DNA from: Podarcis filfolensis
Lineage: Eukaryota
Strand: one strand, 5' to 3'
Length of the DNA: 64,000 bases
Assembly (NCBI GenBank): GCA_964270895.1
Contig: OZ185446.1
Made by a program: the position numbers and the translations under genes. The notes under the pieces were generated by a model. That model searched no databases, had not been told where the DNA came from, and saw only the letters and a program-made list of their open reading frames with translations. Positions 11,237 to 23,425 of the stretch are shown here, piece after piece. Within the stretch, counting starts at the first letter, position 1, and every line of letters starts with the position of its first letter.

Positions 11237-13354
11237 ATATATAAGTGAAATCTGCAAATAATTTCCCCCCTTGCATTATTTACAGATTTTGCACTGTATG
11301 TGCTGCATCTCTTCAGTGATGCTCCCAAAAATTATTTTGGTGCATTATGGACCATTTGCAGTCAATTTCAGCCCTCTTGAGCCCAGGTTGTTGAATAAAA
11401 AGTGCCCCAGGGTAGATATTATATATTTTTGACTAGTTTTGAATAATTAAAGTGTCTGGGTTCTTTTGTTTGTGTTTTTGGTGAATTCTACTCATTACTG
11501 ATGGTCTAACATGGCTGATAATTTTATTGGGGTTGTAGGCTATCAAAAAAAAAAGGTTACCTCATTTATCCATCCCAGATGGTAATGACTATTATCCCTT
11601 CTGGCCCATAGACTATATCTAAATTAACAGCATAACAGTGGTATTGGGGCCAAAGGTGAAATAGTTCAGTTGGTGTTTGTTAAAATTCCAGTTGAAAACC
11701 TAGTGCCTTGTAATTGTTTACGTCCTACTGTTTAAAAATGGGCTTTGTATTCTTAATATATACCAGTCTTTCAACCAGTGTTATTGTATTCTTTCCCTGT
11801 CCTTCATCTTACATTCCTGATTCAATTTGAATTTTCCTCTTGTCCTCCTGCCCTCTCTAGAACCCTCTCAATATTGCATTATCAGCATGACAATCTGATG
11901 CCTCAGGTTGGTTGCGCCAGATTCTATAGCTGCATAAATAGGATTGCGGATAGCAATATCACATGCATGGTAAAATGATATAATAACTTGAGGGAGGTCT
12001 TTTCAAAGCGTCTTTGCACTACTGAAGAGATGGCTATTGCTGCTGAATCAAAAGCTGGAATTCACATAGCTCCGGGGCACAATTGCTTTATTTGAGCAAA
12101 ATTGGCGTGCTTATTGTTACAAGAATCAATAGAAGTAGAAGAAGGGGAAGAAATGGGGAAGAGAGAGAGAGAGAGATAAGATGTGTGTTTGTGTGCATTT
12201 GTTTGTAGCAGTAGGAAGGAAAGGAGATGCATTCTTTGAATATTTATTACATCTTTTGTGCTGCTGCACAGTCCCAACAGGTGGAGGCTAAGAGTCGCAT
12301 TGGCAGTGGCATTCTAATTCTCCAAGGCCACGGCCCACAATGATCTGTTCTCACCTTTGCCTTCCAGTGGAGCTTGTGGGGTGGCTGATTATAAGCTCTG
12401 TAGAGAGGTGGCCTTTACCATAAACCAGAAGAATAAAATTACGGTAGCCCAAATAATGTATTTCTACCACCCTTGTCTCTTATGCACAGAAAATGGGGTG
12501 CAAGCAAAAGCCAACGTGGCCAAAGGAACCTCTGAGGTGCCCTACACCTATAGTGGTAGTCTTTGATTTCTTAAAATGAAATCCAATATGCATTTATATT
12601 TTGCGAGTATCTTTTGTCTTCAGTCATGTACTGTGGGCCTGAGGGCATTTGTGACGTTAAAATCACATGGAGTATCTCTTGTGCATATACACACCCCTAT
12701 ATATTTATATACACAAATGTTGCTAATCAGGGGTGTGAAAGAAGAGAGACATTCTCAAATAAACGTGCTAGCGACTTTATGCAGTATTTGTATTACAGGA
12801 AAAAGGTACTTATGTACCATGTGTGTTGCCCTGTAAATTTCAGGGATCATTCTAGTCACATTTCCCAGGTTCACCCAATAGTTCTTCAATGATGGGCATA
12901 GATATAAATCTCATAGATAGATTTTTCTAGACAGGACATTGTATTTCTGATGGTGGGTTTGAGCTATTGGATTATGTGGCTACAGCTTTCTGTTTCTTGT
13001 ACAAACTTCATGTGCTTACTAAGTATTATACAAAGAGATCGTGACAATTTTCTTTTTTGACTGTTGTGGAAAGTACATCTTAATTCTTGTCGTGTATTGA
13101 TAATTTGGTGCTTTGATTATTAGTTGAAGACTGCAGCCAGGGTGTAAGACGGTACTGGTTCAGGTACATCCTCATTAAATATAAGAACATTTTAATTTTA
13201 TAAAACATTTTAAATTGGGTAGGCATCGTGTTCCTCGTTTAAGAAAAATAAAGTTGAAAGGAAAAAGTGTCGACAAAGGCTTCAGATTTAATTACAGTCA
13301 ACTCAATATTTACACACAGCTTCTACCTACTGAAGGAAAGTACTGATTCACTTA

Positions 13355-13693
13355 AAGGTAAAGGGACCCCTGACCATTAGGTCCAGTCGTGACCGACTCT
13401 GGGGTTGCGGCGCTCATCTTGCTTTATTGGCCGAGGGAGCCGGCGTACAGCTTCTGGGTCATGTGGCCAGCATGACTAAGCAGCTTCTGGCGAACCACGA
13501 AAATGCCGTTTACCTTCCCACCGGAGCGGTACCTATTTATCTACTTGCACTTTGACGTGCTTTTGAACTGCTAGGTTGGCAGGAACAGGGACCGAGCAAC
13601 GAGAGCTCTCCCTGTTGTGGGGATTTGAACCGCCGACCTTCTGATCGGCAAGTCCTAGGCTCTGTGGTTTAACCCACAGCACCACCCGCGTCC
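13355..13693 (-). mobile_element. Sauria SINE, full length
   Basis: Perfect 14-bp TSD TACTGATTCACTTA (13341-13354 and 13694-13707). Confidence 0.95.
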
Positions 13694-13749
13694 TACTGAT
13701 TCACTTAGTGCATAGCTAAACTATAGAATTTGATCCCACAAGAGGCAGT

Positions 13750-14009
13750 AAGGTGGTTTTCAAAGGGGAGTTAGACAAAATCATGGAGGATAAAGGCTGC
13801 TAGTCATTATGGATATGTTCTACCTCCACTGTATTCAGAGGTAGTACGCCTCTGAATAATAGTTTCTGGAAACCACAGAAGGCGAAAGTGCTGTTATGCT
13901 CAGTGCCTGCCTGCAGGCTTCCCCTAGACATCTGGTTGGCCATTGTGAAAACAAGATGCTGGACTACATGCGCTGTTTGCCTGATCCAGCAGGCTCCTTT
14001 TATGTTCTT
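13750..14009 (+). mobile_element. CR1 LINE 3' end (decayed)
   Basis: ttagacaaaatcatggagga...ctggactac...gatccagcaggctcc ending in a ttatgttc-type tail, as recalled for reptile CR1 3' ends. Confidence 0.65.
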
Positions 14010-14107
14010 TCTGCACATACATTATGAGACTTGCATGTTCAAACTTTTAACTGAGAGGTGGACCTTTTCAGTTAAAATGGAATGTGACTCAGAGGAAAGG
14101 CTGTGTA

Positions 14108-14336
14108 CAGGCATACCTCAAGTTAAAGTCACTTCAGGTTGAGCGTTTTCAGGTTGCGCTCCGCGGCGACCCAGAAGTAATGGAATGCATTACTTCCGGG
14201 TTTTGCCGCTCACGCATGCACAGAAGCAGCAAATCGCGACCCGCCCATGCACAGACGTGCAGACGCGGGTTGTGTTCTGCTCTGGATGCGAACAGGGCTC
14301 CGGAACGGATCCCGTTCACATCCAGAGGTACCACTG
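14108..14336. mobile_element. Tc1/mariner (Tigger/pogo-like) MITE
   Basis: TA TSD, ends caggcatacctc / gaggtaccactg, and an inverted relative at 45118-45378. Confidence 0.85.
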
Positions 14337-14617
14337 TAATACGTCCAGCTTGTCACAAACAATTGTAGCAGAGAAATTTTTTGATCCTATTTCCTGTCTG
14401 CAAGGTTAACTGCAATTCCATTCAGCCGGTTGTCTTCAGCTGAGGACAATGTTTAAACTATATTTTGTGACATAAGCTGTACTAATCTTTGCTGCCTTAA
14501 ACGTATGGGTTCCAGGACAATTATGCAACTAAAACCTTGCACACAGAAAGCGTGTTGTATCTTGCAATCAGTCATCCGCTTTCCAAAATTCAGCAAAACG
14601 AAACAAAATGGCCGCTT

Positions 14618-15112
14618 ATTGGCAGATGAAAGTGATGGACTATATGGAACTGGCAGAAATGACTGGCAGAATCCGAGACCAGGGAGAAGAGTCGGTAGAA
14701 GAAGATTGGAAGAAATTTAAAGACTATCTACAGAAACATTGTAAAATTAAGGAATGTTAAAAGGATGTTGGAATGAAGTAATGTGGTTTTTGCAGTAATG
14801 TTATACAGGGTTAAGGAAGAATGGATTGTTAACAGGTCAGAATGTAAAGTTACAATATATTAAGATAAATTAATAAGATAAACATAAGAATGGAAAGGAC
14901 TTGCTGAAACAATCAATTGATCTAGAATACAAAAAAGGGAGGTGTGAGGTGGTCAGGGAAATAAGTAAATGAAAGATAAGTTATGGAAAGATGGATTTCT
15001 TTTTAACTGTTTTTACTTTTTCTGTACTTTGTATTTTTTGTTTTTTCTTTTTCCTTATTTTTGTAATTTTTTTCTGAAACTTTAATAAATATTATTTAAA
15101 AAACAAAAACAA
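14618..15112 (+). mobile_element. L1-type LINE 3' end, 5'-truncated
   Basis: ORF remnant MDYMELAEMTGRIRDQGEESVEEDWKKFKDYLQKHCKIKEC*, then a 3' UTR, AATAAA and A-rich tail. Perfect 17-bp TSD AAACAAAATGGCCGCTT (14601-14617 and 15113-15129). L1 assignment rests on the polyA tail, long TSD and recalled squamate L1 C-terminus. Confidence 0.8.
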
Positions 15113-16758
15113 AAACAAAATGGCCGCTTTTTAATTTGTGAAACTTGCTCTTTTAAAATGATAGATAAGAAAAGGCAGGATTAAAAGTACAATCCTGTGC
15201 CATAAAGATTTTCTTTTCTTTTTTTGAATTTTTGATCCTTTTATTTCTAACACTAAAGACGTAAAAAACAACAACAACCCACCCCATTAAAATAAACCCT
15301 ATCTGATTGTGTTTAGTGAGAGAAAAGAGGACATACCGGATACGTTTCAAAATTCCATCTCATTGACAGCACTTCATCCCAGCAGTTCAAATGCTTTTGT
15401 GTATGTTGCAGTGAAACGGGGCGAGGGCGGGGGAACCTTACTATACAGTGCTTGAGGCTGAGGTTGTAAAATACTATGTTTTTGTCAGGTCACTGCCAGT
15501 TTAATTGGACAGAACTGCCTCACATCTTTCTCCAGGAGTTGAACTTTTCAAGCAGAATGATGGTTAGTGACACTGGAACATAGTTTGCAGCTTGATGAAA
15601 GAAATCCCACAACACAACCCCCGACAACAAGAGAACTTAACAGGCATTACTTTAATCAGGATGCAGCATTTAACCAGTTCATCACCAGAAGAAAAAAAAT
15701 GGGCTGAAGAACAAATGCATATGTATTTGTTTAAAAGAAACCAATTACATTTGCCCAAACGATTGCCCAATCTGATAGTGGTTGGACGTTTTAATATTTT
15801 CCTATTTGAATAATAAGATAAGTTTGTGTGACCCTCTCTAAGCTTGCATGCTTTTCTTTGCATAAATCCTAATAAATCTACTTACGTTGTTTTCTTAAGC
15901 TCTGTCTTTTTACCTCCCATTCCCTCCTTTCTCTGTTCGTCCATGTTAGCATCTTATGAAATCATTTCCTTTCTTTCTGCCAGTTGCCTGCCTAACCCAA
16001 TTGCCCTCTTACTTTCCTCAGTTTCTCCTTTCTCCATTTTCTCTCTGGTGATGATGATGATGATAATGGCCACTTTACTGGACTTAAAAAGTGAGCGGCG
16101 GTTGCAGCCTGCCATGGTGCCTCCAGAATGCCTCGCTGCTCTGCACCATTTTCTGGCCATTGCTGCGTCCCCTCGACTGCCGCAGAGGCTCACTGGTTTC
16201 CGCCTGGCCCTCCAATTCAAACTAGCCTGTCTACGGTGGCCTGGGGCTGCTGACTTGGAGGAAGCAGGCTTCACTCAGGTCCACTCTCCAACCAGTGCTG
16301 CACTCAGCAGTCTTGATGACATTCATATGTTTCGTCTTTTTCTCTCCATGCTCCTGATCATATACATCTTCCCCATTTCCCCCTCTCGCTGCCCTATGAA
16401 TGCATCTGTGGCTACCATTTCTTTCTGCCTCTCATACTTATTTATGTCCAGCCAGCCAAGTTTCCCCCCTTTCTGTACTATCTGTTTTTTCTTTCTCCCC
16501 TTATCTTTACGTTTTATCACAATTCTATTCATCCTTATTTCCTTTGCCCTGCTCACATTTTGCCCATTATGATTTTTCTTTTTGATTCCTGCATGCTCCA
16601 TTTTTCCTTTCCTCTCATCTACTTGACCCTATCCTTGGAGTTTCTTATTTGCACTAATGAGTCCCATGCAGCCAATCAAGTCCAACAGAAATGAAAGGAG
16701 CTTGTGCAGCAGAGGCCACAGCACCGTGGCAGAGCAGAGATTTTGCATGCAAAAAGGT

Positions 16759-16982
16759 CAGGGCCGGCCCTACCATTAGGCAGAGTGTGGGAGCCACCTT
16801 AGGCAACATGAAAGGGGAGTAAATTGTTAGCTATTGAATTTGCAATTTTTGTGTTTTACTAGGGTTGGGGGGTTTTTTTGCCACAGGTGCTAAAATCACT
16901 CGGCAGACCTTTGGTTCTTTGCACCTGTGGGCATTGCTGTCCCACCTCAGGCAGCAGAATGGCATGGGTGGGTTGGCCTAGT
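16759..16982. mobile_element. Decayed hAT-like MITE
   Basis: Left end cagggccggccctaccattaggcag. A matching reverse-type end occurs at about 63300-63365. Confidence 0.5.
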
Positions 16983-17214
16983 AGAAGGTTCTGTGTTAAC
17001 TCTCTAGCAACTACAGGCAGAGCTTCTGTCTGAAACCTTGGACCAATGGACCAGCTAGATGGACTCAGCATAAGGCACAGTACTAAGTGGATTGCGCCCA
17101 ATCTAAAGTGGAGCTAAAAATCGTTATCATGGTGTGATTTCAAAACCGATATTGGCCAATACATTGAAAAATCGCACAGTGCTAAAACAGACCAGAAAAT
17201 TTGTCTTATTACCA

Positions 17215-17328
17215 TGCAAAACTGACAAAAAATTAGTTGGGGGGGAGGCGAGGGATGGGGCCACAGCCCCCCTGGGTGTGTTCTCTGGACCCCCAGGGGT
17301 CCCCGGACCCCTAATTTGGAACCACTGT
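17215..17328 (-). mobile_element. hAT-like MITE end fragment
   Basis: Reverse reads cagtggttccaaattaggggtccggggacccc, a typical hAT-MITE terminus. The other end was not resolved. Confidence 0.45.
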
Positions 17329-18901
17329 CCTAAAGTATATAATTTGCTACATTGACTGTTTAAATACATGAAATAAAACACACAGGCGGAGGAAGAATTC
17401 AGTTTGTTTTGAACGTTTCGAAACCCATGATGATGAAAACCCCAAACATTATTTGGTAGGGGGGAAATACAATAATTGCATTGGAGAAAAACTGGTGGAA
17501 ATTTGTACTTTCTCTCGACCTCTTTTTAGAAGGGCTTTGATAGGGAACATTTAGAACTCAAATTTTGCCTTGTGTCCTCTTGGCCATGAATTTGTCAATA
17601 ATCAAACCAGACTTTGTCACAAATGTCTTACGTAATATTGATAAATAGATTTTTCTGGTGGTTATTAACGTAGTTGTGGTTTTGAGCAGCAAAATTACAA
17701 CCTGGGATATTTTTTCAGTGGATTTCTTCTACTTAGACAGCCATTTCAGTTCTTGAACACGCATTGGAAGTGGGGAAACTAGCTGTGCCAAAGGGTACTC
17801 ATATTTTGTGGCTGTGAGAAATGAGGTAAAATGTATAAGGATACTGAGCTCAAAGTATCATTTGTATGAAAACATCAGCATGGTAGAAAACATTTCCTTC
17901 AGCTTCAGCAGGAACAATAGGAAATGCAGCTGTTTGGAAATCATTATCAGTTGAAACCACCTTGAACAAATAATAATAGAAATGTGTGCATTGTAAACAC
18001 ATAAAATTCAATCCTATGATAGATCCTACTCATCATTAACATTGACTGTCCATCAGCACGAAAGCACATCAAACAGAGGATAACTAATTCTGCAGGTGCC
18101 GAATGCTTGCCAAGGTTAACTCTTACAGAGAGACAAGTTAATAAGGTCTCTCCCAGAGCTCTGCTAGAGTGCAGTAGCTACTTGGTATTGAAGAAAAACA
18201 CAGAAAGCTTATGTCAGCTCTTGTGTGTTGTCAGTCACTACAAAAAAAGTCAATACTTGGACAGAAAGGCAGCTTTCGGACATGATGTTTGCTCCCCCCC
18301 CCCATCATTGGAAAATAACACAAAGTGATGTTCCAGCAAAGCTATCCACTAATTTGTGGTGGTTGCTCAGACATGTTATTTTTTGCCTGTACGTAATGTA
18401 ATAGCTGCTTGCCACCAGAATGTTTCTGCACGCACAGAATTCACAAAGCTATTCCTTGAGATGCAATAAATCTTGCAAGGTTTAAAAAGGCACAGCTTCC
18501 CATCTACACCCCCAGCAGAAAACATGGAAGACGTACATGCTAATATTTTCATTTGCTCCCTACCATATTCTAAGTATCGTTGCCTCGAAACAGTGGCAGA
18601 CTTTGGTGTCTCAAATTTCAGTGGTGTCCTGTGTTAGGCCAAAATCCAGTACAACCCCCCCCCCCCGCCCACCTTTTAGCTTCCGTTGGGCATTATGGCT
18701 GTGGTATCTGCGGCAGAGTCTCAGAAGTGCCGCAGTCGGTACAGCTGAGCTGGTTGTGCTCCCATAGATCTGCCTTTGCTCAAAACACAAAATGTTTTTC
18801 AGCCTATTGGCTTCCTTCCAGACCTCCTTCTTGATTTCAACACTTGCCTTTGGGGGAGAGACCTCTTTATTAGCCTTTTCCTTGCCACAATATAGTGCCA
18901 C

Positions 18902-19077
18902 CAGGGGTGCCAACTTGAATAAAATATTTGGGGGGTGCATGTAAGCCCTACCCCACATAATTGATCACACGACGCACCATTTGAATGGAAATCCTGATCA
19001 ACTTTGGGAGGCTCTGGTCCCCTCAAATATTTTCTTGGTGGGGGGCAAAGGGACCGGCCCCTTTTAGAGTTGGTAAA
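18902..19077. mobile_element. hAT-like MITE (decayed)
   Basis: caggggtgccaactt left end and gagttgg right-end remnant. Confidence 0.55.
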
Positions 19078-20381
19078 AGCAAGTGGGAGTGCTCCTCTTG
19101 AGTGTCAGCCTCTGCATGCTTTACATGCCCGGGAGCAGCATGGAGGGAGTCCGGGGGGCGGGGTCTGCATTGGATTGAGCGAGAAAGGAAAAAGCAGGGG
19201 GGTAGGTAGAAAAAAGGAGGGCTTTGCTGGGTGGCATAGAAGCCCATAGGGGACATGAAAGGAAAGGTGGCTCTGGTCAGCCTCTAGTTCATTGTTTCCA
19301 GTTGCAAGAATGTCCTCATTTTCATTTGATGAATGTTGGAGGGAATGAAATGTTTGAGCATCAAACCTTCTTAGGCCTCTATACTACAAGGGTGGCTACT
19401 ACTTTGCATTCATGTTCAAGCAAGGGGCATTCTTCATGGCTGTTACCCAGTCCTGAAATTTCCCCACCTGCCTTCAAATGTATAAGAAACAGAAGTCATA
19501 TTTACTTGTCTAGGCACCATGAAATTTTAGTCGAGTGTTTTTTAGAGAGATTCTTTAAATCCTGTTTTGCTGCTCCCAGTTTAGATATTTTGAGATATCT
19601 TGAGTCACAAACATAAATAAATAAATATATAAATAAGTTAGTTCTTCAACTTTCTGGGTACTTCCCCCCCCTCTACTCCCCTCTTGTCTAACAATTATCC
19701 CCTGAATGTACCACTAATTTGTCTATGGCATCAAAGTCCTTCTTGCATAGTGTGAGAACGATGTTACATAAACAATGTACACAAAGTCTTCCGCTGAAGA
19801 GGTGTGGATTCCCATACCTAGCTACAATTTTGGGAATGTTTTGTAGTGGGAAAAATAATGCTATTCTTTAAAAATATGAATTTTGAGTTTTGACATTGAT
19901 TAATGTACCATCTCTCACTTCCTATATCTCATGAGGGATGAAGTGTTATTACTTGATAACCAGTCCAACGATATACACCATTCACAGCAAAGCTAAATTA
20001 CGCACGAGGGAAAGAAATGATTAGCAATACACCCCCGTTTACACTTCACAGAATGTTCTGCATCCCAGAATGCTACTTCTTTCAGCTCATTTACATGGCA
20101 GAGACTGATAGCTGTAGGTTTCTGAAAGCTGCAAATGAGCTTTCCCCACACTAATAGTTTTTACTTGCCATAGATTATGCTTCCAAGGCCTAAAGATGCT
20201 TGCTGCATCAATCAATACAGCTTAATGAGAGTTCACATAATTCGCCTTGAGGGGACATTGTTTGTAAGGTACAAGTGCATGCCTGAAGCGCATATTTACA
20301 TATTTAAGTTGTATGCACATATTTTTAGAACAGTCTTAGACCTATGCCAAGCCGTGTCCAACGCTAATACTGCTTGTATGA

Positions 20382-20734
20382 GGGAGCAGGTGGCACTGTG
20401 GGCTAAACCAATTGGAAGGTCGGTGATCTAAATCTGTGCAACGAGGTGAGCTCCTGTTGTTCTGTCCCAGCTTCTGTCAACCTAGCAGTTCGAAAGCACA
20501 CTAGTGCAAGTAGATAAATAGGTACCACTGCAAGGGGAAGGTAAATGGCATTTCCATGCGCTCTGGCACACGTCATGGTGTCCCATTGCACCAGAAGTGG
20601 TTTAGTCATGCTGGCCACATGACCCAAAAGGCTGTCTGTGGATAAACGCTGGCTCCCTTGGCCTGAAGCAAGATGAGTGCCACACCCCATAGTCTCCTTT
20701 GACGGGACTTAACCGTTCAGGGGTCCTTACCTTT
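20382..20734 (+). mobile_element. Sauria SINE, older subfamily
   Basis: Diverged head gggagcaggtggcactgtgg, conserved core gtgcaagtagataaataggtacc, tail ccttacctttacc, degenerate TSD tactgcttgtatg / taccgcttctatg. Confidence 0.85.
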
Positions 20735-21308
20735 ACCGCTTCTATGCTGGCAGAATGCCCACTACATCCACTGAGTACCTGTATGAGGAGTGAGGGGACA
20801 ACTATCAAGAAAATATAGTAATTATTATTATTATTAATTTTATTAGTTGTACCCCACTCATCTGACTCGGCTGCAATAATGGCAGAAAAACCAGCTATAC
20901 GCCCAGAAACCTTGAGTACACTGGCAGTGACAAACAATGAAAGGCTGTGCTGGCAACCCTGCCACACAGAGGGAGCCAATGAACTTATAAAGATGGGAGC
21001 AACCCCCTCTCAGTATAAAAGAGGATGTCACACACACACAGCATCAGCCCTAGTGGCAAAGCATCTATCCAGGCAGCAGTTAGAATTGCCTTACGTTCCT
21101 CACAACAATTTAGCCTAACACAAACCGGGGAGGAGGGAGAAGGTACAACAAACACAAATTCTGTCAAATCCTAAATTCCCCCTTCACCACTGTAACCCCA
21201 CTATAGCATTACCCCCGTTAAAGTCACAGGATGAGGAGGAAGTGAGTCAAGTTCCCCAAGGATTTTACAGTTCCACACTTACTTTCCTTCACAGTGTCCT
21301 TTACTATT

Positions 21309-21770
21309 TTTTTTAAAAAGATATTTATTGAAGTTTTACAAAAACATAATTTAAAAAATCATATAAAAAGAAAGAAATACAATAAAAAAACATAGAAAAA
21401 TACATAAAATAAGAAAAAGAAGAGTAAAAACAAATCCATTTTTGTAACCCTAACTCATTATCTTATTTCCTTGGCCTCCTCACACCTCCCCTTTTTGTAT
21501 CCCCATTTAAATAATCAAATCAGCAAATCCTTACCCTCTTTCGTTTATCTTAACTCTATATCTTAACATATTATAACTCTATATTTTCATCCATTATCAG
21601 TTCAATTTTGCATACTCTTGTTAACTTTGTTGCTAATGCCACTTATTTTTAATCCAACAACATTTTAACATTCATTAATTTTACAGTGTTTCTGCAGATA
21701 GTCTTTAAATTTCTTCCAGTCTTCTTCCACCAACTCTTCTCCCAGGTCTCGGATTCTGCCAGTCATTTCC
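21309..21770 (-). mobile_element. L1-type LINE 3' end (same family as 14618-15112)
   Basis: Reverse-complement homology to the 14.6-kb copy and a perfect 20-bp TSD TCACAGTGTCCTTTACTATT (21289-21308 and 21771-21790). Confidence 0.85.
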
Positions 21771-22249
21771 TCACAGTGTCCTTTACTATTAAGGCATGAA
21801 CTGGAACAAAGCTCAAACGTAATATGAACTTAGAACAAACTTTGAGCACATCCCCCTATTCTAAATATAGTAGTACCATCAGTGTTGAAGCCGAACCGCA
21901 GCTCCATCTTAACTAATGAAGAATGTAGGCTAACACGAACACTGACAGATGATGACTAAATGCCAATTCAGACTTGCAGCCCCAGGTGCAGGTTACCAAG
22001 AATTGCTTCCACATGGTGGCACCTCCATATGGGACCCATAATGTTTAAAAGCTGCTTACCAAGTGAATTGTTTCAAATGCGCAGAACCATTAGTCATCAG
22101 GAGTCTGCTACGGCACTGAATGTTGCTGATGTTTAGCCAGACCTCTGCTTCGTTGAGGAAATAATGTGCAAGTGAAATTAGAGAAATGTGGAAAAAGATT
22201 AAACCAATCCACAATTATTCCAACTAGCCATGCTGTTTTCTTACCCCAA

Positions 22250-22512
22250 GGGCTTGCGCACACTTGCACGTTCCCATGCCTGGAAAGCATGGCTCCAGGT
22301 GGTTTCCCATTTGTCCTGTGCTTTTGGGGTGAGGGTCCAAGCAGTTTTGCCCTTGCCCTGCTGCTTTGCCCGGGAAAACCACCTTTTCAACGATAAATCG
22401 GAGGTAACATCGATCTAGAGAAAAGCCGATTGACATTTGCTCCGATTCAGCGGAAAAGATTGGTTTTCCCTGGGGAAAAGTGGCAGGGAAAAGGGCAAGT
22501 CTGCATGAGCCC
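22250..22512. mobile_element. PIF/Harbinger-like palindromic MITE
   Basis: TIRs gggcttgcgcacac / gtctgcatgagccc, CAA/TAA flanks, internal inverted symmetry. Confidence 0.65.
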
Positions 22513-22619
22513 TAAGAGATTAAAAAGCCTCCTTGATAGCTGGAAATAAGAAGAAGTGCTTTGAGCAGCAACTTCAACTTGTTTCTCAGGTAACTTCGTT
22601 GAGTTCAGGGCTATCACTA

Positions 22620-22879
22620 GGCTCATCCACAATTCGTTTGCCTTGTGTCTAGAAAGCTTGGGTCCAAGAGGTTTTCCACTTGTCCCATGTGTGCTAGGCA
22701 TGGGTCCAAGCAGTTTTCTGTTTGCCTACCGCTTTCCGTGGGAAAACCAATTCTTTACTGCTGAATCAGAGCAAACATCCATCCATGGAAAACCTGATGG
22801 ATGTTTGCTCCGGTTCAGGGGTAAAGAGCAGACTTTCCAGGGGGAAAGTAGTGGGACAAGCAGAAGTGTGGACAAGCCC
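22620..22879. mobile_element. PIF/Harbinger-like palindromic MITE
   Basis: TIRs ggctcatccac / gtggacaagcc, perfect central 14-bp inverted repeat agcaaacatccatc / gatggatgtttgct, homologous to 22250-22512. Confidence 0.7.
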
Positions 22880-23319
22880 AGGGTCAGAGAGAGACCCCAT
22901 CAGCTATAGAAAAGCCTCTCCCTGCAGACCAGAGCCATTTCCAATCAGCATCACCTCCATCTTGTTTGGATTAGTGCTTGGCCACAGCTTGCAAACACTG
23001 GTTCAGAACAGAAATAGCTGCTCCTGGATACTTTAGTATCTTTGGACAGACCTGGGTGTCACCAGCATCCATACCATTACATTTAAGGAATTCTGTACAC
23101 TGAGAGACTTGCCAAGGATAGCACCATCTTGTTGTAAAGACCTTTTTCTTTGGGCTTCCTTTTGGCAGATTGGGTAAAGTGATGGGGAGGAATAGGACTA
23201 CATCCTTTAACGTTTTAAATGGTAAAACACCCCTGCTGAACTAATGAATCTTGCACTATATGCTCAATCAATTTAATTGATTGATTGCCTGTTTTGTGTT
23301 ATTTGTATACTGTGTTAAT

Positions 23320-23377
23320 TTTATGATGTTAGCTGCCCTGAGCTGGGCTCCGGCTGGGGAGGGTGGGGTACAACAAC

Positions 23378-23425
<48 letters not shown>
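23320..23425 (+). repeat. L2-type 3' tail with expanded (AAT)n microsatellite (23378-23425)
   Basis: ttagctgccctgagctggg...gggtggggtacaac followed by a perfect AAT run. Confidence 0.8.

Noticed and set aside
15844-16572. 242-aa hydrophobic ORF (longest non-TE ORF)
   Set aside because: TTG start, pyrimidine-rich low-complexity strand (F/L/S/P-rich) that avoids stops by composition, no recognisable domain, and a GC-rich middle that looks like an insertion.
19740-19760. ttgcatagt, the start of miR-153 (known to be hosted in PTPRN2)
   Set aside because: Only 9 nt match, the rest of the mature sequence and hairpin are absent, and the known miRNA lies in a much later intron.
20928-21030. CCAAT plus TATAAAA between tgaca/tgtca ends
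   Set aside because: Only about 100 bp, no TSD, embedded among decayed repeats. Too weak to call an LTR or promoter.
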